From assembly GCA_044229575.1 (NCBI GenBank), contig JBGAST010000016.1, positions 1,477-65,476 of the forward strand: a DNA stretch of 64,000 bases, read 5' to 3'. The stretch is from Holophagaceae bacterium (GTDB lineage: Bacteria > Acidobacteriota > Holophagae > Holophagales > Holophagaceae). The notes below the pieces were generated by a model. The model did not search any database. It saw only the letters and a program-made list of their open reading frames with translations, and had not been told where the DNA came from. The first letter of the stretch is position 1; each line of letters opens with the position of its first letter. Shown here piece after piece: positions 37,401 to 44,807 of this stretch. A program made the position numbers and the translations under genes.

Positions 37401-40400
37401 GGCGATCGGGCTGAAGGTGTAGGCGAGGCCGTTGACCACGACGAAGGAGCTGCCGCCGCCGCTGAGGACGCCGACGCAGTCCGGACCGCCGGTCCAGTTC
37501 GGGGTCAGGGTGACGCTCTGGCCCACGTTGATGGAGTTGGTGGAGGCCACAAGGTCGACGGCGGTGGGGGCCGCCACGATCTTCACGAGCACGCCCGTGG
37601 TGTGGGTGACGCCCGCGCCGTTGTCGGCGGTGAGAGTGAAGATGCGGTCGCTGCTGTTCGTCCCGTCAAGCACGACGGGGAAGGGCACGCCGGTCTGGAG
37701 GGTCGGCGTGGCGCGGGGCGTGCCCGTGTCGGTGGCGACGGAGGAGGTCACGTTGGCGGAGCCGCCCACGGGGAGGGTGAAGATGGCGTTCAGGTAGATC
37801 GTGGCGCCGGCGGTGGCGACCAGGCGGTCGGACACGAGGGCCTGGGCGAAGGGTCCGGCGACCACGAAGATCGTCTGGGAAGCCGAGGCCTGCCGACCGG
37901 CGGCATTGGTGACCGTCAGGGTGTAGGTCGTGGACAGGGTTGGCGAGACCACGTAGCTCGAGCCCGACACCACGGGCCCGACGCCGTTGTTGATGGCGCC
38001 AGTGCCGTTGGTGAACACCGGGGCGAGCGTCGCGCTCTGGCCGGCGGTGATGGTGTAGGGGAAGGCGGCCGGGACGGTGACATTCAGGACCGCGGTCGGG
38101 GCCGGCACCACCGTCAGGTTCGTGGTGGTGGTGTAGGTGGTGGGCGTCGCGTTCGTGACGGCCAGGGTGTAGGTGTAGATGCCCGCGGAAACCGGTGCCG
38201 AGACGACGGACTGCGGGGTGCCGCTGGTCGGTGCGTAGGCGTTGGGCGCCAGGAAGGCGCCGCCGTTGCTCGTCACCGCGGCGGTGGTGGCGTTGCTGAA
38301 GATCGCGTAGAGCTGGGTGGTGTCGCCTTCCGTGATGATGTTCGGCTGGAAGTAGAAGGCCTGGGCGAAGGGACCCGCGAGCACCGTGACCGTGAGGCTC
38401 GCGGTGGCCGTCGTGCCGACGGGGTTGGTCACCGTCAGGACGTAGGTCGTGGTGGAGGTCGGGGAGACCGGGTAGGCCTGGCCCGAGGTGACGGTACCGA
38501 TGCCAGCGATGACGCCCGTGCCGTTGGTGAAGGTGGGGGTCAGGCTGGTGGTCTCACCGAGGGTGATGGGGTTGTTGGATCCCGCGGTGATGGCGAGGCC
38601 CGCGGTGGGGACGCCGTAGACGGTCACCGTGACGCCATGGGTGGAGGTCACGCCGGCGCTGTTGGTGACGGTGAGGGTGTAGACATAGGTCCCGACCGCC
38701 GTGGGGGTCACGGGGAAGGGCACGGCGTTCAGGGGCGCGATGGGAGCCGCGAGGCCGCTGGTGGCCGCGTTGGGGCTGGTGCAGACCACGGAGGCGGTGC
38801 CCCCGGTGCCGATGGTGAAGTAGGCGGTCAGGTAGGACGTTCCGCCCACGGTGATGCCCACCGGGTTGGCCGCCAGGGCTGCCGCATTGGGGCCGGTCAG
38901 CACGACCACGGTGTGGACCACCCCGGTGGTGGCGCCGATGGAATTGGTCACCGTCAGGGTGTAGGTGGTGGTCTGGGTGGGCTGGACCGCGTAGGCGGAA
39001 CCGCTGAGGACGCTGCCGACGCCGGGGGTGATGACGGCGGTGCCGCCGGAGAAGGTCGGGGTCAGGAAGGTGGTGTCCCCGGCCGTAATGGGGTTCACCG
39101 AGGAGGTGAGGCTCGTCGCCGTGGGCAGGCCCACCACGAGGATCGTCACCGAGCGGTTCACGGACACGAGGGCCGCGTTCGTCACCGTCAGGGTGTAGGT
39201 GGTGGTGGCGATGGGGTTCACGAAGAGGGAGACGCCGCTCGTGACCGGGACGCCGCCGGCGGGGAAGGGCGGCGAGCTGCCGCTGGGAGGCGCGGTGATG
39301 ACGCCGTTACCTCCGGAGAAGATGCCGATGAGCTGGGAGAAGTCGCCGGCGGTGATGGTGGAGGGGAAGGCGATGAAGCTCTCGATGACGGGATCGCCGA
39401 CCACGTGGACCGTTAGGATGCGGGTGACGAAGTCGCCGGCGGGGTTGGTCACCGTCAGGGTGTAAGTCGTGGTTTCAAGCGGGTTCACCGTGTAGGAGTT
39501 GCCGCTGATGACCGAGCCCACGCCGCCGATGAAGCCGCTGCCGTTGGCGAAGACCGGCAGGAGCTGGACCGGGCTGCCGCCCGCAACGGGGGGAGGCGTC
39601 GGGGGATTCGAAGTGAAGCTGGCGATGGACGGGGGCGGCACCACCGTGACGACGGTGCCCGTGGTGGCCGAGGCCCCGGCGGGATTGGTCACCGTCATCG
39701 TGTAGGTGGTGGTGACGGGAGGCGTGACCAGGTAGGGCACGCCGTTGAGCACGGCGCCGACCCCGTTGTCCACGATGGCGGTGCCGCTCGTGAACGTGCC
39801 GATGAGGCGGGAGGAGTTGCCGATGGTGATGATGGGCGGGATGGAGACCAGGCTGATGCCCGTGGGGGCTTCCACCACCTTGACCGTCGTGGAGAGCTGG
39901 ACGAAGGTGCCCGCCGCGTTGGTGACCGTCAGGAGGTAGGAGGTGGTCACGGTGGGAGAGACCCGGACTGGGATGCCGGACAGGATGGGACCGATGCCGC
40001 TGACCGCGCCGGTGCCGCCGGCGAAGACGGCCACGAGGTTGGTGCTGTTTCCGACGGTGATGGTGGCCGGCTGGCCCGCGAAGCTCGTGATCACGGGCGT
40101 CGTCACGACGTTGATGGTCGCGACCGCGCCGGAGGTGCCACCCGCGAGGTTCGTGACCGTGAGGATGTACGTCGTCGAGACCGCGGGCGAGACCGTGAGG
40201 GGAATGCCGTTCACCGGGTTCAGGGTGCTGGCGTTGACGCTGTTGGTGATGACGGCGGACCCGGACGTGAAGGTCGCGGTGAGGTGGGCGCTTTCACCCA
40301 GCGTGATGTAGGGGCGGTCGGTGGTGAGGCTCACGTTGGAGGGGAAACCCACCACCGTGACGGTGACCGCGTTGATGGCGGTGTTCCCGGAGGCGTTGGT

Positions 40401-41162
40401 CACCGTCAGGACGTAGGTGGTCGTGGAAGAAGGGCTGACCGCGGTCCCGATGCCGGAGCCGACGGGGCCGATGCCGTTGTTGATGACGCCGTTCCCGCCG
40501 GAGAAGGTGTAGTTCAGCGTGGAGCTGGCGCCCTGGGAGATCGTGGCCGGGTTGGCTGAGAAGGAAGTGATGACCGGGACGTTCTGGACCGTGATGATCA
40601 CGCCCTGGGTGACGGTGGCGCCGGCGGCGTTGGTCACGGTGAGGGTGTAGGTCGTCGTCGCCGTGGGGGAGACGAGGAAGGGGACGCCGCTGACGGGGAT
40701 GACCGTGGTGGGGCCGGCGCTGTTGGACACCACCGCCGTGCCGCCGGTGAAGGTGGCCGTCAGGGCCACGCTCTCACCGAGGGTGATGGTGGATTTCGCC
40801 GCCGTGAAGGAGACGTTCGAGATGGGGGGCACCACCGTGATGGTCAGCGCCCGGCTGGCCGTGGCGTTGACCGCGTTGGTCACCGTGAGGATGTAGGTGG
40901 TCGTCTGGGTCGGCGAGACCGCGATGGGCTGCCCGCTGGGCACCCCGCCCACGCCGGGCGTGATGGCGCCGGTCCCGTTGGCATAGACCGCCGTGAGGTT
41001 CGTGCTCGCGCCCTGGGCGATGGTGTTCAGGCTCGCGGTGAAGCTGGTGATGGACGGTTCGGGGGGTGGCGGCGGGGTGCCACCGCCTCCGCCGCCGCAG
41101 GCCACGACGAGCGCCATGAGGGCCAAAGAGAGGACGGTCAGGAACCTGGTGACGGCGCGCAT
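34491..41162 (-). CDS. Giant lipoprotein (2223 aa) made of about 26 tandem Ig-like repeats of about 85 aa
   Basis: The start is at MRAVTRFLTVLSLALMALVVAC (lipobox), followed by a GGGGGGTPPPPPEP linker. A repeating unit then ends in TTTY(T/V)LTVTN(A/P)AG. I counted about 26 such motif occurrences. Confidence 0.9.
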   Translation of the reverse strand: MRAVTRFLTVLSLALMALVVACGGGGGGTPPPPPEPSITSFTASLNTIAQGASTNLTAVYANGTGAITPGVGGVPSGQPIAVSPTQTTTYILTVTNAVNATASRALTITVVPPISNVSFTAAKSTITLGESVALTATFTGGTAVVSNSAGPTTVIPVSGVPFLVSPTATTTYTLTVTNAAGATVTQGVIITVQNVPVITSFSANPATISQGASSTLNYTFSGGNGVINNGIGPVGSGIGTAVSPSSTTTYVLTVTNASGNTAINAVTVTVVGFPSNVSLTTDRPYITLGESAHLTATFTSGSAVITNSVNASTLNPVNGIPLTVSPAVSTTYILTVTNLAGGTSGAVATINVVTTPVITSFAGQPATITVGNSTNLVAVFAGGTGAVSGIGPILSGIPVRVSPTVTTSYLLTVTNAAGTFVQLSTTVKVVEAPTGISLVSIPPIITIGNSSRLIGTFTSGTAIVDNGVGAVLNGVPYLVTPPVTTTYTMTVTNPAGASATTGTVVTVVPPPSIASFTSNPPTPPPVAGGSPVQLLPVFANGSGFIGGVGSVISGNSYTVNPLETTTYTLTVTNPAGDFVTRILTVHVVGDPVIESFIAFPSTITAGDFSQLIGIFSGGNGVITAPPSGSSPPFPAGGVPVTSGVSLFVNPIATTTYTLTVTNAALVSVNRSVTILVVGLPTATSLTSSVNPITAGDTTFLTPTFSGGTAVITPGVGSVLSGSAYAVQPTQTTTYTLTVTNSIGATTGVVHTVVVLTGPNAAALAANPVGITVGGTSYLTAYFTIGTGGTASVVCTSPNAATSGLAAPIAPLNAVPFPVTPTAVGTYVYTLTVTNSAGVTSTHGVTVTVYGVPTAGLAITAGSNNPITLGETTSLTPTFTNGTGVIAGIGTVTSGQAYPVSPTSTTTYVLTVTNPVGTTATASLTVTVLAGPFAQAFYFQPNIITEGDTTQLYAIFSNATTAAVTSNGGAFLAPNAYAPTSGTPQSVVSAPVSAGIYTYTLAVTNATPTTYTTTTNLTVVPAPTAVLNVTVPAAFPYTITAGQSATLAPVFTNGTGAINNGVGPVVSGSSYVVSPTLSTTYTLTVTNAAGRQASASQTIFVVAGPFAQALVSDRLVATAGATIYLNAIFTLPVGGSANVTSSVATDTGTPRATPTLQTGVPFPVVLDGTNSSDRIFTLTADNGAGVTHTTGVLVKIVAAPTAVDLVASTNSINVGQSVTLTPNWTGGPDCVGVLSGGGSSFVVVNGLAYTFSPIATTTYVLTVTNGAGTSASDAETITVVQPPSITNFTVVPAVITLGGTSQLLTSYINGTASNLTGPAGSFSGAELPAAPASGTSTTVTPVATGTFIYTLVVTGPGGTATGTAAIRVVAPPVCTVTGEAAVFAGTPGHVASVPSQVGSTYNWNITNGTITAGQGTNQITYTAGTTTGVGVLTLTCTVVNAAGSSCTTAPAFAVDVNAVPPLTATLTTSAPADTISAGGSANLLPVFGGGINAVGTITPVIGTVTSGQAYAVSPGTTTTYTLRVTDSTGQVLTAVRTLIVVQPVTITSFTASRNPVTVGTVTNLTAVFSNPTPAVAGNEITHGDALGNPASPIVPTSGSPIPYIPGTVGTQTHTLTETNLAGQTVTRTLPIVVVAAPVATSLVAAPALVTSGQSSTLTPTFTDGNGVVSNGVGIVITGAGYPVTPIATTTYTLTVTNAAGDTAITQATVTVVSGPNAISLTASRRIITVGDSINLTALFTNGTAVNGLTGSANSFTGAQLPATPTSGTPVLVTPTAAAVGTTVTYSLLVTNAAGTTSLQTVTVDVVAAPTATLNASATTITAGESTDLQPIFTGGNGVINLGVGTVLTGNSYAVLPISTTVYQLTVTNAAGAIATAQRIITVLAGPLASSFTATPAVVTAGSTTSLLAIFAAGATGSIDNGVGAVTSGVPISSAALATTTTFTLTVTSGTITATRTVTVTVVPAPIATSLVATPATINAGQTSVLVPTFSNGSGTISSGVGNVVNGGSYNVTLTVTTTYTLAVTNAAGTVAITTATVTVLALPFSSSFTVSPAVVSVGDSIFMNWVFNLDASGNADILQTDDGGTVTTIYPGVTSPGTGTAVPVSLVVPPYGLYSYTLRLTQGTATVDTTRTVIVWELPTATITGPGPSPFVVPVSTPVPLTFTFTGNTTGRVIDGVGTTWTVANGDVLVVTSPATPATTRTYTLTVQNPAGTLATATFQIRTP

Positions 41163-41521
41163 GGGGCCCCCTTGGAAGGGAATTACGGGTGTGAGGGTGT
41201 CACGTGGGGTGAGGCCCTTAATAGACCTGGGAAGGGAAATCCCTGTCAACCCGGATTTTTCGTTTGGCCTTGCAATAAATCGACACACTGCCCCCCCAGA
41301 GAAAGATGGATCCTTGCAGTTGCCTGACATCTTTCCTCCCAGTCCGGGCTCGCCGCAGTGCCGGGATTCGTCCTGCGAACAGGGTCCGGCCAGAGCCCCC
41401 CCACGGCCTCGCCCGACGCCCCGGCCCACCCCCCCGCTCGCCGGGCCATAGGCCCCGGTCGCCGGGCCTCGCGATCCAGGATCCCAGCCCCGCTGTTAGG
41501 TTCACCTCCACGGAGGCTTCC

Positions 41522-42277
41522 ATGAGCGAGCACACCCCGACCCCACCGGAATCCGAACTCTTCGGCGGCACCCCCGCCCCGGCCAAAGTCCATCCTCCGG
41601 GCCTCCTCGACCAGCTGACGGGCGTCTTCACCGAGCCGACGGCCCTGTTCACGAAATTGCGGACCGCTCCGTCCTGGATCCAGGCCACGGTCCTCGTCAC
41701 CCTCTCGGCGCTGGTGGTCACGATCATCTGGGTCATGAAGGTGGACGTGGACGCCATGATCCGCCCGGCCCTGGAAGCGAATCCCAACATCCCTGCCGAG
41801 CAGGTGGACAAGATCGTGGAGATGCAGGGCAAGTTCATGCCGGTGATCGCGCCCATCGGCGTGATCGTGGCCATGTGCGTCGCCACCTTCCTCCCGGCCC
41901 TGGTGTTCTTCCTCCTCGGCCGGAAGGGCAGCGAGGACGGTGCCCCGAACTACATCCAGGCCCTGAGCGCCACCGCCGTGCCGAACCTCGTGATCATTCC
42001 CCAACAGATCGTCGTGGCCCTGATGTGCGTCCTGAAGCCCGTGGGCGGCGCATCTCCCGACAAGCTGTCCCCGACCTCCCTCGGCTACTTCCTAACGGTG
42101 GAAAACGCCAAGCTGGGCGCCCTGCTGCGCCACATCGACCCCTTCTTCATCGGCGTCTACGTGGTCACCTACCTGGCCCTGCGCAACCTGCTCCGCCTGA
42201 AGCCCGGCTACGCCCTGGCCGGCACTTTGCTCTGCGCCGCGACGACCCTGGGCTTCCGCCTCCTCGGAGCGAAATGA
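41522..42277 (+). CDS. Yip1-domain membrane protein
   Basis: I chose the start MSEHTPTPPE at 41522. There are five hydrophobic helices. The stop overlaps the start of the next gene. Confidence 0.7.
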   Translation: MSEHTPTPPESELFGGTPAPAKVHPPGLLDQLTGVFTEPTALFTKLRTAPSWIQATVLVTLSALVVTIIWVMKVDVDAMIRPALEANPNIPAEQVDKIVEMQGKFMPVIAPIGVIVAMCVATFLPALVFFLLGRKGSEDGAPNYIQALSATAVPNLVIIPQQIVVALMCVLKPVGGASPDKLSPTSLGYFLTVENAKLGALLRHIDPFFIGVYVVTYLALRNLLRLKPGYALAGTLLCAATTLGFRLLGAK

Positions 42278-43536
42278 TGGCCACCAAGGGCCAGAAGCTC
42301 GCCCTCGCGGGCGGCGCCCTGGCGGTCCTCGTGGTCCTTGGCGTCGTCTTCGGCGGCAACAAGGAGGACCCCGACGCCTACTCCTGGGACACCATCACCC
42401 GGGGCTCCCTCCGGGAGACCATCAGCGCCAGCGGCGAGATCCAGGCGGTCCGCAAGGTGAACGTCGGCACGTCGGTGGCGGGCGAGATCAAGTCCATCCA
42501 CGTGAAGGACGGCCAGGACGTGAAGGCCGGCGACCTGCTGGTGAGCATCGACCAGGAGCGGCTGCGCTCGGAGCTGAACCGCACCGAAGCGGCCCTGGAC
42601 GCCAGCCGGAAGGAGGCCGCGCGCATGGAGGCCGCCATGAAGCGCTCCCGGGAATCGAATCTGCGCAATGAAACGCTGTTCAAGCAGGGCCTCATCAGCG
42701 ACGAGGCCTGGCGCCAGGACAACCTGGCCCGGGAGAGCGCCGAACTGAGCTGGCAGGCCGCCCAGGCCGGCGTGGCCCAGAGCCAGGCGAACCTCGTCTC
42801 CATGCGGGATTCCCTCAGCAAGACCGTGCTGCGCGCCCCCATCGACGGCCGGGTGACCTCCCTCAAGGCGGAAAAGGGGGAGACCGCGATCCCCGGCGTG
42901 AGCAACCTGCCCGGCGCCACCCTCATGGTCATCTCCGACATGAGCGAGCTGATGGCGGAGATCAAGGTCAACGAGGGCGAGGTGGTGCGCACGAAGGTCG
43001 GGCAGACCGCCCAGGTCACCGTGGAATCCCTGCCGGGGCGGGTCTTCCAGGGCCGGGTCGCCGAGGTCGCCACGGGGAACGAGGGGGTCGGCCAGGACGC
43101 GAACATGTACAAGGTGAAGGTGGCCCTCGACATGAAATCCGCCGACGTGGGCCGGCTTCGGCCGGGCATGAGCGCCCGGGCGATGATCCTCACGAGCGAG
43201 GCCCGGGACGTGCTGCGGGTGCCCCTGCAGTCCGTCCTGGAGCGCGAAGGCACGGCGGAGGAGGCCCAGAAGCAGGGACTGCTGGCCCCGGCCTCCCGCT
43301 CCGTGGTGATGGTCGCCAAGGCGGGCCGCGCGACGGAGCGGGCCGTCATCACCGGCATCGCCAACAACCAGTTCTTCGAGGTGAAGGCGGGGCTCGCGGA
43401 AGGCGAGCAGGTCCTCACCGGTCCGGTCCGCAAGCTGAAGGACCTGAAGGACCGCGCGGCGGTGAAGCTCAAGGCCAAGTCGGACACCCAGACCGACGAG
43501 GAAGCGAAGAAGCGGAAGGCCGGAGGCAAGGCCTGA
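42274..43536 (+). CDS. Efflux periplasmic adaptor subunit (MacA/HlyD family)
   Basis: An N-terminal TM anchor is followed by a lipoyl/barrel-sandwich motif (GEIKSIHVKDGQDVKAGDLLVSID), a coiled-coil hairpin and a beta-barrel region. Confidence 0.88.
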   Translation: MMATKGQKLALAGGALAVLVVLGVVFGGNKEDPDAYSWDTITRGSLRETISASGEIQAVRKVNVGTSVAGEIKSIHVKDGQDVKAGDLLVSIDQERLRSELNRTEAALDASRKEAARMEAAMKRSRESNLRNETLFKQGLISDEAWRQDNLARESAELSWQAAQAGVAQSQANLVSMRDSLSKTVLRAPIDGRVTSLKAEKGETAIPGVSNLPGATLMVISDMSELMAEIKVNEGEVVRTKVGQTAQVTVESLPGRVFQGRVAEVATGNEGVGQDANMYKVKVALDMKSADVGRLRPGMSARAMILTSEARDVLRVPLQSVLEREGTAEEAQKQGLLAPASRSVVMVAKAGRATERAVITGIANNQFFEVKAGLAEGEQVLTGPVRKLKDLKDRAAVKLKAKSDTQTDEEAKKRKAGGKA

Positions 43537-44759
43537 TGGACGCCCGGGAGCCCTTGTCCGCCGCGGTCCGGGCCCTCCGGGCCAACAAGATGCGCTCGGC
43601 CCTCACGGCCCTCGGGATCATCATCGGAGTCGCCTCCGTGATCATCGTGGTCAGCCTGATCCAGGGCCTGAAGGGCAGCGTCCTGAAGCAGATCGAGAAG
43701 GCGGGCAGCCAGACCCTCGTGATCCGTCCCGTCTTCCCGACGGACATGCCGTATCCGGAGTTCACCAAGATCAAGAACAAGGACCTGACCCTGGAGGAGA
43801 TGCGGGCCCTGGGCCACGCCGTCCCCCAGATCACCCAGCTGACGCCCCTCTTCTTCAATGGCGGCGAGGCGAAGGCGGAAGGCAAGAGCGCGAGCGTCAC
43901 CGTGATCATGACTGACGAGACCTACCTGGAGCTCAACAGCGTGAACCTCACCGCGGGCCGGAATTTCGTGCCCTCCGACCTCCGTCTGGGGAACAAGGTC
44001 GCCATCATCGGGCCGCGGGTGATCGAGAAGCTGGGCCTCAGGGGCAAGCCCCTGGGCCGCGCCCTCACCCTGTCCGGGATGAGCCTGGAGGTCATCGGAG
44101 TGCTGGAGGAGCAGGGCTCCTCCCTGGGCAACGACCAGGACTCCTACGTGCTGATCCCCCTCACCACCGGGCGCTCGACCCTCACCGACGCCCAGCGCCG
44201 GCAGCTCTTCTTCCAGGCCCGCATCGATCCCCGCCTCAGCGCCGACGACGGGGCCGCCCTCGTGGAGGACGCCCTGCGCCGCATCAAGGGCCTGAAGGGC
44301 AAGGAGCCCAACGGCTTCCAGGTCTTCAGCCCCAAGCAGATCACCGGCATCATCAGCGGCATCACCTCGGCCATCACCACCGTGGCCGGCGGAATGGTGA
44401 GCATCGCCCTGCTGGTGGGCGGCATCGGCATCATGAACATCATGCTGGTGAGCGTGACGGAACGGACCCGGGAGATCGGCGTGCGCAAGGCCGTGGGCGC
44501 CAAGCGCAAGCACATCCTGGCCCAGTTCCTCATCGAGGCCGCCTTCCTCTGCCTGGCGGGGGGCGCCCTCGGCATCGCCCTGGGCTACGTGGGCGGCGCC
44601 TTGCTGGGCAAGGCCCTTTTCGGGACCTACGGCACCGTGCCCCTCTGGGCGGTGGTGAGCGCCTTCGCGGTGCCTGCGGCCATCGGCCTCATCTTCGGCC
44701 TCTACCCCGCGGCCAAGGCCTCGAAGCTGGATCCCATCGAGTCCCTGCGCTACGAGTGA
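43536..44759 (+). CDS. MacB/FtsX-type ABC transporter permease (no fused or adjacent ATPase)
   Basis: MacB-like N-terminus (LRANKMRSALTALGIIIGVASVI), a large periplasmic loop and a C-terminal FtsX domain (ERTREIGVRKAVGA) are present. Its ATG overlaps the upstream stop. Confidence 0.9.
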   Translation: MDAREPLSAAVRALRANKMRSALTALGIIIGVASVIIVVSLIQGLKGSVLKQIEKAGSQTLVIRPVFPTDMPYPEFTKIKNKDLTLEEMRALGHAVPQITQLTPLFFNGGEAKAEGKSASVTVIMTDETYLELNSVNLTAGRNFVPSDLRLGNKVAIIGPRVIEKLGLRGKPLGRALTLSGMSLEVIGVLEEQGSSLGNDQDSYVLIPLTTGRSTLTDAQRRQLFFQARIDPRLSADDGAALVEDALRRIKGLKGKEPNGFQVFSPKQITGIISGITSAITTVAGGMVSIALLVGGIGIMNIMLVSVTERTREIGVRKAVGAKRKHILAQFLIEAAFLCLAGGALGIALGYVGGALLGKALFGTYGTVPLWAVVSAFAVPAAIGLIFGLYPAAKASKLDPIESLRYE

Positions 44760-44807
44760 TCCGGCGGGGCGCGGGGAGAGCCTCCCCCGCCCCGCCGGAT
44801 CAGGCCT

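Noticed and set aside
36207-39416. 1069-aa + strand ORF, and the other + ORFs between 34.4 and 41.4 kb
   Set aside because: They lie antisense to the giant repeat lipoprotein gene. Their Gly/Asp/Arg-rich periodicity simply mirrors the sense-strand repeats.
34491-41162. Possibility that the periodic repeats are a CRISPR array or non-coding satellite
   Set aside because: The period is about 255 nt and the units are diverged. A single uninterrupted reading frame with a lipoprotein signal peptide spans them all, so these are coding domain repeats.
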